A DNA stretch of 64,000 nucleotides from an uncultured delta proteobacterium (GTDB lineage Bacteria; Desulfobacterota; Desulfobacteria; Desulfobacterales; QNYZ01): contig CAWJQU010000004.1 of NCBI GenBank assembly GCA_963845145.1, positions 320,001 through 384,000 on the forward strand, in the 5' to 3' direction. Below the pieces are notes generated by a model, which was not told the origin of the DNA, made no database searches, and was given only the letters and a program-made list of their open reading frames with translations. The translations under genes and the position numbers were made by a program. Within the stretch, counting starts at the first letter, position 1; every line of letters starts with the position of its first letter. Shown here piece after piece: positions 8,705 through 18,900 of the stretch.

Positions 8705-11700
8705 TTAATTCCCAGCTGCCTTCTGCAACCGCTTAATCCGCTCCCCGGCAAAATGATACTCAATGCGATCATCCCGGTAAGACCCAAGTGCCTCTTTATA
8801 GTTTCGGAGCGCTTTCTTGTTCTCCTCGCTCCCTTCCGCCCATAACCCCAGAGCCGTATGCCCGGTGACCAGGAAGGCGGGTTGTTGGCCCGCTTTTTCG
8901 GCCAGGGATGTTTCTTTGGTAAGATCCAACAAACATGCACTGATTTCCCGGTACCAGGGATCTTGGATCTGTTTTTGATAGGATTCAAGACTGGCCTTGG
9001 CATCGTCAGGACGACCGAGTTTATTCAGAATAAGTGGTTCCAGGAGACCGCCGGTCAGTCGGGAGGCACTTTCGCGACCGGGCGTTTTAAGTAGCCGTGT
9101 GGTCTGGTCCAGGGCCTGTTCCCATTTTTCGTCCATGGCGTGGTAGTAGGCTGATTGGAGCAGCAGAACGGCGTTGTTTTTATCCTTTTCGAGGATTTTT
9201 TCTAAAATGGCCTGTTTATCCGATGGACTGACTGAACCCTGGGTGAGCTTGGCCTGGAGGGGGGCGAGATCCTCTTGGGATTTTGCCTTGACGATCCAGG
9301 CGTTGCGGGTTGATTGGGTAAACGTTGTCGCTTTGGCCTGATAGTCGTTTTTTTCGGTGGAATCAGGCATGGCTTCGAGTTGGTTTTCAATCAGATGTTC
9401 CAATTTTGCCATGGCCATCAGGTAGGGCCATCGATCTCCACCAGTGGCTTTGGATACCGCTTTTCGAAAATGAGATTCCGCTTCGGTTGTTCGCCCCTGT
9501 TTGGTTTCCATGAGTCCGGCGACATAATGTAGCAGGCTGGTTTCCTGATCCGTGTCGCCCATGGTGACGGCGGTGTTGATATCGATTTGGCCGGACAGGA
9601 TTTTAGCCAGATAACCGAAAAACTCCGAAGGGGAGCGCCAATCGAGGGCGATGAGGGCCTGCTGGTGAATGCTTTTATCTGCTTTATCCGTGATAAAATC
9701 GATGAGATAGAGCATCATCCGGGCCAGGTCGTTATCCTTGTGCATGGAAAGGGCACGGGTAAACAGGGATTTAGCTTCGTTGTAGTCGTTGCGGCAGTAG
9801 TGCATCAAGCCGGCGATCATGGCCAGGGATAGATCGGAACTTTCGGCAAAGGCATCGTCGGCGAGTTGCTGGGCTTTTTTCCACGCGCCCTTATCGGCGG
9901 CGGCATGGATTTTTTCAAGTTTTTCATCGAGGGCCAGATCGAGAAAGCCATTCCACTTGGATTGCCCGGCTTGAATGTCGGACAAAAAGGCAGCGGCTTT
10001 GGTGATGGGCAGTACCAGCCCGATATCGGAGAGCATGGTAATCACCGGCACCGGGGCTTTGGCCCTATTGACGTAAACGCTGGAGGCGATCCCCACCACC
10101 CGGCCGCGGGGATCGATTACCGGGCCGCCGCTGTTGCCCTGGTAGATCGATGTGTCGACCTGAAACATGGTTTTAAAGGTGCGGCGCACATGGCCGGTGC
10201 TGACACTGACATTGATCGAATCGGTCTGGGTGCGGCTGCCCAGGGGAAATCCGAGGGTCATGACCGGCGTCAGTTTGGGGATGTTGATGGCCGCCATTTG
10301 GTCGTCTAAAGGTAAGGGAATTAAATTTTCAGGGTACGGGATCGATTTTGAGTACGGCAAAATCATCTTTTAATGGGGATTGAACGACTTGCCAGGTGTT
10401 TACGAGCGGGTGGGCCACACCGGCGATTTGTAATTTTTTGGGGCCTTTTAAACGGTAGGCCGATTCGATGTGGTAGCGATCCTCTAACTCGACGCTTCGG
10501 GCCGGTGCGGGCAGTCGCTTAAAAGCCCGCTGGCCTTCAAACCATAAAAAGGCCTGGTAGGCCAGACGTGGGGACCGGCCGGCTTGCTTTAAGCGGGCGA
10601 TGACTTGAAACATCTGGTTGTCTTCCAACCAGGGGCAGGCCACATGGCGATTGGTGATCAAGTGCCCCTCGGGGCTAACGAGAAACGCCGTCCCTTCGGT
10701 GCGATTGCGATAGGCGATCTTCTTTTCCACCATCAGCTGATAATCGACCATGACGAACGCCACCGAGCCGGCATAGCGGTTGGCATATTCACTCAGCGTG
10801 GCCGGATCTTTGGGGATATGGGCAAAATAAAACCAGGCGAAACCACCGAGTGCGATCAGAATGGCCAAAAGAATCGCTGAAACCCGGACCCATCTTTTCA
10901 GCCCTTGAATATCCCCATCCGCCCTCTCTTTTTTTTGAGCGGCGACAATTTCCTTATCCGTGATTTGGGACAAGGATTCCTCGATTTGAGCCATGGATGT
11001 CGGCCGCAAGTCACGGTCTTCAGCCAGCATCATTTTAAAAAGCATTTTGGCCTTGGCCGGAATCGCCAGTTGGTCAATTTTATCGATATAATCGTTCTCT
11101 CCGCTTAAATCTCCGGAGAGGAGTTCCACAAAAATTTTCCCCAATGACCAGATATCGCTTTTGGCATTCAAGGGGCGCTGGTTGAGTGTGTCGGGATGGG
11201 AGACCAAAAGGTTCTTCAGCATGGGGCCGGGACGGTCGAGGCGGGGATCGAGAAACCGGGATACCTTGTAGTCAACTTTAACGGCCAGGGTTTTGGCCAA
11301 TTTTTGGCCCGATTTTTGACCCGGTCTTTGATCTGGTCTTTGATCTGGTTTTTGATTTGGGCTTTCACTCAAGCGCTCGCGGGGCTCTTCATCGCCTTTC
11401 TCGTAGACAATAATATCATTCAGGATCAGATGGGGGATGATATGGCCGGTTTGATGCAGGCAATCCAGGGCCGCGGCCAGTTTCTTAAACATATAAAAAA
11501 AGGTGCGGGTGTCTTTGAAGTGGTCGGAAGCGAGAAGATGCCCCCAGTTTTTCGCAGAAATCCATTCACTGACACGGTACCACAAACCGGTTTCCGACTG
11601 CCTGATTTCCAAATGCCGGACGAAATGGTCTTCGGGAAGTTTTTTAAGTATTTCCAGTTCCTGCTTTAGACGGGCGGCGATCTTTTCATCCACTCCGGAT

Positions 11701-11906
11701 TGAGGCGTGAAAATCCGGATGGCGACATCTTCATTGTTCTCTTGGTTTATGGCATGGCAAAGCACACTGGAATAGCCTTCATGCAGGACGGAGACAATCC
11801 GGTAGTGGTCGATGGATTGAATCCCCTCGGAGACTTCACTGCCGCAGGTAGGGCAGGTGGTGATTTTTTCGGATAGTAACTGACCGCACTGGTGACATTG
11901 CTTCAT
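8705..11906 (-). CDS. Zn-ribbon / Ser-Thr pseudokinase / TM / trypsin-like peptidase / TPR protein (about 1066 aa), split by one frameshift near 10333
   Basis: CHQC..CPTC ribbon; kinase fold (SDIWSLG, DLRPT); one TM helix; trypsin triad TNRHVA, DFAVL, GNSGGP spread over both ORFs; removing one C from gtacccTGA gives DPVPENLIPL. Confidence 0.85.
11289..11360. repeat. In-frame 12-bp tandem repeat (about 6 degenerate units) in the kinase domain
   Basis: Minus strand ccaaatcaaaaa ccagatcaaaga ccagatcaaaga ccgggtcaaaaa tcgggccaaaaa encodes PNQKPDQRPDQRPGQKSGQK. Confidence 0.8.
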
Positions 11907-12030
11907 GGTTTCATCCGTATTGCCGATTGGGATTGAAGGACCTATATTAAGAAGTAATCGAATTTATTTGATTATATCAATTCGTGGAATTAAACACAAA
12001 TCAACGTAAGCCCCTTGCGATGGAGCCGCC

Positions 12031-14655
12031 ATGCTACTGAAGAACCTTTTCCGTTATTGGACATTTCAAATTTTTTCGCCGGGTACGGTTCTACGGGAAA
12101 AATACGACGCCTTTAAATCGCTTTTGACCCATGACAAACAGGCCCATGAACTCATGGCTGAACTGGAGTCGATCTATTACAACCAGGAACGGGTCGATTT
12201 TCAACAGATTGCCAATAAGTACGATCTTTTGGCGGGAAACGTGGCCGGTATCGTCGACAATCTGACCCGTATGTGCCCGGGGCGGTATCTTGATTTAAAA
12301 ACCTATTATAATAAATTTGACGGGTATATCCATTTCATGCTGGACCCGCCAAATGATGATTATTCACCGCCCTATACCATTTTGCTCGACGATATATCTA
12401 CCAAAGATCACCCATTGGTCGGTGGGAAAACGGCTAACCTTGCAACGATTAAAAACAATCTTCATCTTCCGGTCCCGGCCGGCTTTGCGATCACCATCCG
12501 TGCTTTTCATTCAATAATCGACTTTAATCAGTTGCGGTCCAAAATTAACGCCAAACTGGCCGTCATCGATATCAATGACACCGCTTCCCTGGATCGAATC
12601 TCGGCTGAGATCATGGACTGGATCATGAAAACCGATATTCCGCCGGCGATCGAAACGGCCATTGCCCAAGCGTGGGCGTCCTGTTTGTGGAAAAACAATT
12701 CGACCCTCAGGGTGGCTGTGCGCAGTAGTGCGGTGGCCGAAGACGGTGCCTCCTCATTTGCCGGTCAGTACCATACGGAATTAAACGTGCCTCAATCAAA
12801 TATCCTGGATGCCTACAGAAAAGTGATTGCCAGTAAATATACCGCCAGAGCGTTGTATTACCGCATCAACTATGGCCTGTCCGATACCGAAGTGCCCATG
12901 GCCGTGCTGGTCCTGGAGATGATTGATGCCGAATCCAGTGGGGTGATGTATACCCAAGCGCCCAATCACACCCAGCCGGATAATCCCCAACCGAAAAGCC
13001 CGGATAATCCCCAATCGAAAAGCCCAGATTATCCCCAATTGAAAAGCATGGATATTCATGCCATTTGGGGTTTGGGCGAGTTGCTGGTGGGTGGCGAAGT
13101 GTCGCCGGATGTGATTCGAGTGTCACGGGACGATCCACCGGTGATCCTGGATCGGCAGAACGGAAGCCAAGATCGCCAGATGGTCTATTCGTCCCGTAAA
13201 AAGACAAAGCTCATTCCGGTTCCGGAAGAGAAAAAACGCGTTTCGGCGTTGGATGAAAAAGGGGCCCTGTTACTGGCCCAATGGGGAATGGTACTCGAAG
13301 CCTGTTATCGTGAACCCCAGGATGTGGAATGGTGCCGGGATGACCAGGGGGAAATGGTTGTCCTGCAATCCAGACCGCTTCAACTTGACGAAATAGCGGT
13401 TTTGCCGGATGAATGCTTTTTCGACGATTTGGAAAAGAAGGCCCTTGTTAGCGGTGGTGACAAGGCATCTTCAGGCATTGGTGCCGGCCCGGTGCATCTG
13501 GTCAACCGCAACACCGATCTCCAAAGCCTTCCCTTCGGTTCTGTGCTGGTGGCCAAAAATGCCCGGCCTCACTATGTAAAAGTTTTGAATAAAGTCAACG
13601 CCGTGGTTACCGACACCGGCAGTGCCGCCGGGCATTTTGCATCGGTGGCCCGGGAGTTCGGTATCCCGGTGCTGGTCAATACGGGCGAGGCGACAAAACG
13701 ACTGGTAAACGGGCGGGAAGTCACTGTCTATGCCGACGAAAAAACGGTGTATGACGGCGTGGTTCATCCAATGATCGAAAGCCCTTGTGCCCGGAAAGAT
13801 CTATTGATCGATAGCCCGTTTATGCGCAAAATGCGATATGTCATGGGCTTTGTCTCATCGCTTAAACTGGTGGATCCTGACCATGAGAACTTCAGGCCCG
13901 AAGGGTGCCGCTCGCTCCATGATATTATTCGCTTTTGCCACGAAAAAGCGGTTTCCGAAATGTTTTCCATGGGCGATCGTCGCATCACCCGCAAGCAGGG
14001 TGCCCGCAAACTCGTCTCAACAATACCCATGCAGGTCTATATTCTCGACGTGGGAGACGGTGTCAGTGAGCAAACCGTCGATAAGAAAACGGTCCGGATC
14101 GAAGAGGTTGACAATCTTCCCATGCAAGCGGTCTGGAGAGGGCTGAACCATCCGGATATTGAGTGGTCGGATTTTGGCCACTTTGATTGGGCCGAATATG
14201 ATAAGATTGTCATGAACGGGGGGATCATCAGCGCGGATTCGGCTCTTTTTTCCAGCTATGCGGTTTTGTCGAACAGTTATATGAACCTGGCGTTGAAGTT
14301 CGGGTATCACTTTGTCATTATAGACGCCGCCTGCACCAGCCGTTCCGATGAAAACTATGCGTCCTTTCGCTTCACCGGTGGTGGTTCCGACTATGCCGGG
14401 CGGTCGTTGAGGGCGACATTTTTACGAAAAATCTTAGACCACATCGGGTTTGACATCGAAGATAAAAAGGGCGATCTGGTCAATGCCCGCTTAAATGGCG
14501 ATGAGCAGCTGATAATGGAGCGAAAACTGGAACTGTTGGGTCGCTTGCTCGGGGCGTCGTGCTTGATGGATATGTATCTGAAGGATGAATCGCAGATTGA
14601 GGGGTTTGTGTCCGACTTTCTTTCCGGTCGCTATCACTTCGCGACGGTTTCGTAA
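12031..14655 (+). CDS. PEP synthase/dikinase-like protein (ATP-grasp plus phospho-His domain, atypical C-terminus)
   Basis: VGGKTANL, VPAGFAI, AVRSSAVAED..SFAGQ, QDVEW, LQSRP, GSAAGHFASVAREFGIP; no recognisable pyruvate-binding barrel. Confidence 0.85.
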   Translation: MLLKNLFRYWTFQIFSPGTVLREKYDAFKSLLTHDKQAHELMAELESIYYNQERVDFQQIANKYDLLAGNVAGIVDNLTRMCPGRYLDLKTYYNKFDGYIHFMLDPPNDDYSPPYTILLDDISTKDHPLVGGKTANLATIKNNLHLPVPAGFAITIRAFHSIIDFNQLRSKINAKLAVIDINDTASLDRISAEIMDWIMKTDIPPAIETAIAQAWASCLWKNNSTLRVAVRSSAVAEDGASSFAGQYHTELNVPQSNILDAYRKVIASKYTARALYYRINYGLSDTEVPMAVLVLEMIDAESSGVMYTQAPNHTQPDNPQPKSPDNPQSKSPDYPQLKSMDIHAIWGLGELLVGGEVSPDVIRVSRDDPPVILDRQNGSQDRQMVYSSRKKTKLIPVPEEKKRVSALDEKGALLLAQWGMVLEACYREPQDVEWCRDDQGEMVVLQSRPLQLDEIAVLPDECFFDDLEKKALVSGGDKASSGIGAGPVHLVNRNTDLQSLPFGSVLVAKNARPHYVKVLNKVNAVVTDTGSAAGHFASVAREFGIPVLVNTGEATKRLVNGREVTVYADEKTVYDGVVHPMIESPCARKDLLIDSPFMRKMRYVMGFVSSLKLVDPDHENFRPEGCRSLHDIIRFCHEKAVSEMFSMGDRRITRKQGARKLVSTIPMQVYILDVGDGVSEQTVDKKTVRIEEVDNLPMQAVWRGLNHPDIEWSDFGHFDWAEYDKIVMNGGIISADSALFSSYAVLSNSYMNLALKFGYHFVIIDAACTSRSDENYASFRFTGGGSDYAGRSLRATFLRKILDHIGFDIEDKKGDLVNARLNGDEQLIMERKLELLGRLLGASCLMDMYLKDESQIEGFVSDFLSGRYHFATVS
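12976..13047. repeat. In-frame 24-bp tandem repeat x3
   Basis: ccggataatccccaaccgaaaagc / ccggataatccccaatcgaaaagc / ccagattatccccaattgaaaagc. Confidence 0.9.
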
Positions 14656-14785
14656 TCCGCCTCAGACGGACAATATCTGCGTTGCACTTTGTTCCGTCTT
14701 TGCTGCGGCGTACATGAGTACGCCTCACAAAACGAAACAAAGCGCGCCTTGATCTTGGCCGTCTGAGACGGATTACGAAACCGTC
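14643..14785. repeat. REP/MITE-like long palindromic element
   Basis: 27-bp terminal inverted repeats GACGGTTTCGTAATCCG(C/T)CTCAGACGG with 1 mismatch; inner hairpin GGCGTAC-atga-GTACGCC. Confidence 0.85.
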
Positions 14786-14939
14786 TGGTTTTTGAGTGCC
14801 GAGTGCCGATTGTCGCATTGAAATAATTTAAAATTTGGCGATAATGTAAAATTTGGTAGTGACGGCTGAACATGAAACACTGGGGGTGTTGCCCTTTCTC
14901 CAACAGGGTTGGAGAAAATACGATTTAAATTGGAGAGTA

Positions 14940-16088
14940 ATGAGTGATTACAAGCTGACCTGGATTACCGACGATCTGGCTGCGGGGTATGCGCCCATGT
15001 CTTATGCTGATCTGGATTTGATAAGGGGCCAGGGGATTGCGGCCATCGTGAATCTTTGCGGGGAGTATTGCGATCTACATGAAATTGAGGAAAAGTCGGG
15101 TTTTGACGTCTATTATCTGCCCATACCCGATGAGTGCGCGCCGGATATGGCGGCGCTTGAAAAGGGATTGACCTGGGTGGACGACGTCCTCTATCAGGGG
15201 AAAAAAGTCCTGGTCCACTGCCGGTTTGGTATCGGTCGAACCGGTACGTTTGTCACTTCCTTTTTGATTCGTCGCGGGCTCGGATTGAAAGTGGCCAAAA
15301 AAAGGTTAAAAAACACAAGATCCCAACCGGCCACCTATCAGCAGTGGAAGATGTTAAAAAAATATAACAAGGAATGCAGCCTGAACGCCATCCGGGAGCC
15401 TGCCCTAAGGTCTAAAAACGTGGTTGACTTAACCAGTTATTTTCAAAACTACGAAAAATTGAGAGACAAAGCGGCGGCGGCCCTCAAGCAGGCAGAGAGG
15501 GAAGATGGCCCCCGACCGGTGTGCGGGCTGGACACCGATACCTGCTGTTACGGTTATTTTGAGCTGCCGCTTATCGAGGCGGTGTATCTATTTAACCGGA
15601 TGAACCGGGTGGCCAACCCCGATACCCGGGGTACCATCACGCATCAGGCAATCCAGGTGCAAGAAAAAACCCGATGCCTTAAAGATGGCATCCAGAAAGA
15701 TCCAGAAGATAAAATCAGGAAAGATAAACCCCAAAATGATAAAATCCAAAATGATAAAATAAGGCCTGAGAATCATCCCGAAAAATCATGGATAGCGTTT
15801 AAGCGTTCTTTCAAGGCGCAAAAAATTCGGTGCCCGGTAAATCTGGAATCCAAATGCCTTCTTTTTGACCATCGGCCGCTTCGTTGCCTCTGTGATGGCA
15901 CCAGTAACGAAATCCTTGCCGCGCTAAAGATCGAAGATACCCTGAACCACCTCTCACGGCATCTGGTTTGGGCGTTGAGCGAACAGTCACTACAGGGCAA
16001 GGAGGGCAAGGGACTGTATTTCTCGATGGCCGATACGGTTTCAGGGCAGTTTGTGCAGGATTATTTCAGTTATCTGGCGTGCACTTAA
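14940..16088 (+). CDS. Dual-specificity (CX5R) phosphatase fused to a YkgJ-like Cys-cluster domain
   Basis: PIPD loop and VLVHCRFGIGRTGT; C-terminal CGLDTDTCC...EAVYL...CPVN...CLLFDHRPLRC; GGAG RBS before ATG 14940. Confidence 0.85.
   Translation: MSDYKLTWITDDLAAGYAPMSYADLDLIRGQGIAAIVNLCGEYCDLHEIEEKSGFDVYYLPIPDECAPDMAALEKGLTWVDDVLYQGKKVLVHCRFGIGRTGTFVTSFLIRRGLGLKVAKKRLKNTRSQPATYQQWKMLKKYNKECSLNAIREPALRSKNVVDLTSYFQNYEKLRDKAAAALKQAEREDGPRPVCGLDTDTCCYGYFELPLIEAVYLFNRMNRVANPDTRGTITHQAIQVQEKTRCLKDGIQKDPEDKIRKDKPQNDKIQNDKIRPENHPEKSWIAFKRSFKAQKIRCPVNLESKCLLFDHRPLRCLCDGTSNEILAALKIEDTLNHLSRHLVWALSEQSLQGKEGKGLYFSMADTVSGQFVQDYFSYLACT
15708..15764. repeat. In-frame 15-bp tandem repeat (about 4 units)
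   Basis: gataaaatcaggaaa gataaaccccaaaat gataaaatccaaaat gataaaataagg encodes DKIRK DKPQN DKIQN DKIR. Confidence 0.8.
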
Positions 16089-16163
16089 TCATTGAGATAG
16101 GACCTTGCTTTCGCAGGCGGTGAATCCCCAAAAAGGGATCTATGGATGGGCACTGCTTAGCCG

Positions 16164-16586
16164 TCACTTATTTACCCACCAAAAATCGTTTCTATCAACC
16201 GGATCGTAAAATTTGACGCGGCCATTTACCCAAACTTTCGGCGCCAGCCGGGTTTCATCACGGCCGCAACGCAGCAGGCGATCAGTGGCCATGACCCAGC
16301 CCTTGATGGGACCATGTTTGGCCATTGCCTGACGTGCGTATTCGGAGCAAGACGGGTGCATGGGGCAGGGACCCCGGCGAACGGCGGACAGGTGGTTTAA
16401 CGGGCCCCGATACAAATCGATCACACCAGGGACCGATGTGTTCGGATTCGTCGATTCAGAGGCTGGAAACGTCACGCAACCCAGGAAAAAGACGCTTATG
16501 GACGGGAACATTACAAAGGCCATGATAATTAGCCCTAAGGGCGTTTTAAATGAGTGGGGCGATATCATTGACATTACCTTAATCAT
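16164..16586 (-). CDS. yidD: Membrane protein insertion efficiency factor YidD-like
   Basis: CPMHPSCSEYARQAMAKHGPIKGWVMATDRLLRC; hydrophobic N-terminal extension. Confidence 0.75.
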   Translation of the reverse strand: MIKVMSMISPHSFKTPLGLIIMAFVMFPSISVFFLGCVTFPASESTNPNTSVPGVIDLYRGPLNHLSAVRRGPCPMHPSCSEYARQAMAKHGPIKGWVMATDRLLRCGRDETRLAPKVWVNGRVKFYDPVDRNDFWWVNK

Positions 16587-16774
16587 TGATCCGTGCCTTT
16601 TTATCCGTATTCACCGTTGTTTAAGTCATCCTCTCGAACCCTGGGCTGCTAAAAGCTTTGGATTCTAAATCCGGAGTATATCATGATATCCCTATCCCTA
16701 CCATCGTCGATTTGGAACCGGATTTTGGACCGATAGATACCCTGCAGATGCCCGGTAGATGTCCGGTGAATTTA

Positions 16775-16803
16775 TTGACAATACCATAAAAATGGCCTAT
16801 TCA
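16775..16803 (+). promoter_or_regulatory. Putative sigma70 promoter
   Basis: TTGACA-17 bp-TATTCA upstream of the 16876 ORF (RBS AAGGGGAG). Confidence 0.4.
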
Positions 16804-16875
16804 TTTCGCATCATTGAAAAATAATCCATTTTGTCCAAATTTTTAATAATCTATTTGTAAAAAGGGGAGACGAAG

Positions 16876-18900
16876 ATGGCCACAAAGGAAGAACTTCAGG
16901 AAAAAGAAGAGGATTGTGAATCAACTGAGGATTACATCAATCTGGTCAAAGAGGTGATGACCGATCTGGATGATAAAGAATGGGCTCAGGCGTTAATGGA
17001 TGAGGGCGTCGATTGGGCCGAAACCGCCGATGATTTTATCCTGCTGGCCCAGGGAGCCGCCGATGTCATGAAAGATCCGGAGGCGGCCAAGAAATTCGTA
17101 GTGCAGGGCAAGGATTATTGCATGAATGTGGCAGAATTTGCCAACCTTGGAAAAGTGGCTGCCGATATCGGTGATACCGATGCCGCAAAAGAGATTTTTT
17201 CAGCGGCTGAAGGTAAATGTGTCAAGGTGGATGATTTTTTTGCCGTAGCAGCCAAGGTTAAGGATGTGTTGGGAGACGTGGAACTGGCCGGTGGAATTGT
17301 TGATAAAGCCCGGGAAAAATGCAAGACGGCCGCCGATTTTGCCGTTTTAGCCAAACGCCTCAAAGAAGACTTAGGGGACGACAAAGGCGCGGCGGAAGTG
17401 TTTACCCAAGCCATGGATACCTGCAAAACTGCCGATGATTACAGCGATCTGGCCAAGGGCGTATTGGACACATTGGATGATAAAGATACCGCTAAAACGA
17501 TTTTTGATAAAGCCGCCGATTCCATCGAGTCGGGTGTGGAGCTGGGCAAGCTGGCCGAAGGCGCTGTCAATGTTCTGAAAGATGAAGATTTTGCCCGGAC
17601 CCTTTACCGCAAAGCCATTGCCGGTACTGAACAAGGCAGCGACCTGATGAAGCTGGCCGCTTCGGTGATGAATGGTTTAAAAGACCGGGATCTGGCGCTG
17701 GAGGTTTACAAAGCTGCCGAGGCACCTTTGAAAACTTTCAAAGATTTCACCGGGCTGGCCGAGGCAGTGTTGAATGATACCGGCGACAAGGCCTATGCCG
17801 CCCAGGTGTATGCAAAGGCGGCTGAAGCTAGCGCGGATGCCAAGGATATCGTGGCCGTGGCCGAGGCCCTGGCCGACAAGATCGGGGAACCCGCCACGGC
17901 CCAGCAATGCCTGCGGGAAGCGGAACGGGCGGTCAAAACCCCGGCGGATTTTCAGAAGGTGGCCGATGCCATCATGAAATACGCTGAAGATGAATCCTGG
18001 AAAGAGGAAGTTAAAATTCAGGTGGAAAAACGCGAGGCCAATAAAGAGATCTATGCCGAATTCGCCAAAAAGGAACAGGAGTTTACGACCAGCACCACCA
18101 TGAGCCGTCTCGCCCAGGAGGTTATGGGTGCTACCCAAGATAAGACCTACACCCGCAAACTTTATCGTAAAGCCGAGAAGATGTGCCATTATTTCGAGGA
18201 GTACATGGCCCTGCCCAAGAAAATAAACGCTGATTTAAAGGACGATGCCTGGGTACGCGAGATCTACGCGAAGCAGCTGGAATCGTGCAATAGTGATTAC
18301 CAGGCCAAGAACATTGTTGACGGTGTTTTAACCGAGTTAAAAGATGAATCCTGGACTAAAAAGATTTTTCAGGACTGGGAGGGCCGCTGCCGGAAAGATA
18401 CCGATTTTATCAAGTTGGCCGCCATCATCAAAGACCGTCTCAAAGATGCTGACTGGGCCAAGAGCCTTCTCGATAAAGCCGGAGAAACCGGCTCAGGTGC
18501 GGTGAGCGCGATCGGGCTGGCCGCGGCGGCCAATGACATCCTTGAGGACTCGGATTGGGCCCGATCGTTGTTCGATGTCGTCGGGAATCAATGCAAAAAT
18601 CGAAATGAATATGAGCACCTGTTTTCCTCCATTGAGGAAAAGGTTGCCGATCGGGATTTATTGCAAAAGGCCCACCAAAAAGCCGCGGATAAACTGACAT
18701 CCAGTAAGGATCTGGTCTATTTGGCCGAGAGCGTTCTCAGACGGTTCAAGGATTCGGGATGGGCCCGGCAGCTATATGAAAAAGCCCTTGGCGCCAGTGA
18801 TATCGGCAATCAATGGAATCGTCTGGTCGTCAGCGTGGCTGACAAACTGGGGGATGCCCAATGGGCGGGGAAGGTGCGCCAGAAATTTGCATCTTTCTAA
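16876..18900 (+). CDS. Alpha-helical solenoid repeat protein (about 35-aa repeats), unknown function
   Basis: Recurring unit like TAxDFxxLAxxVxDxLxDxxWAxxLxxKAxxxC along all 674 aa; strong RBS. Confidence 0.85.
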   Translation: MATKEELQEKEEDCESTEDYINLVKEVMTDLDDKEWAQALMDEGVDWAETADDFILLAQGAADVMKDPEAAKKFVVQGKDYCMNVAEFANLGKVAADIGDTDAAKEIFSAAEGKCVKVDDFFAVAAKVKDVLGDVELAGGIVDKAREKCKTAADFAVLAKRLKEDLGDDKGAAEVFTQAMDTCKTADDYSDLAKGVLDTLDDKDTAKTIFDKAADSIESGVELGKLAEGAVNVLKDEDFARTLYRKAIAGTEQGSDLMKLAASVMNGLKDRDLALEVYKAAEAPLKTFKDFTGLAEAVLNDTGDKAYAAQVYAKAAEASADAKDIVAVAEALADKIGEPATAQQCLREAERAVKTPADFQKVADAIMKYAEDESWKEEVKIQVEKREANKEIYAEFAKKEQEFTTSTTMSRLAQEVMGATQDKTYTRKLYRKAEKMCHYFEEYMALPKKINADLKDDAWVREIYAKQLESCNSDYQAKNIVDGVLTELKDESWTKKIFQDWEGRCRKDTDFIKLAAIIKDRLKDADWAKSLLDKAGETGSGAVSAIGLAAAANDILEDSDWARSLFDVVGNQCKNRNEYEHLFSSIEEKVADRDLLQKAHQKAADKLTSSKDLVYLAESVLRRFKDSGWARQLYEKALGASDIGNQWNRLVVSVADKLGDAQWAGKVRQKFASF

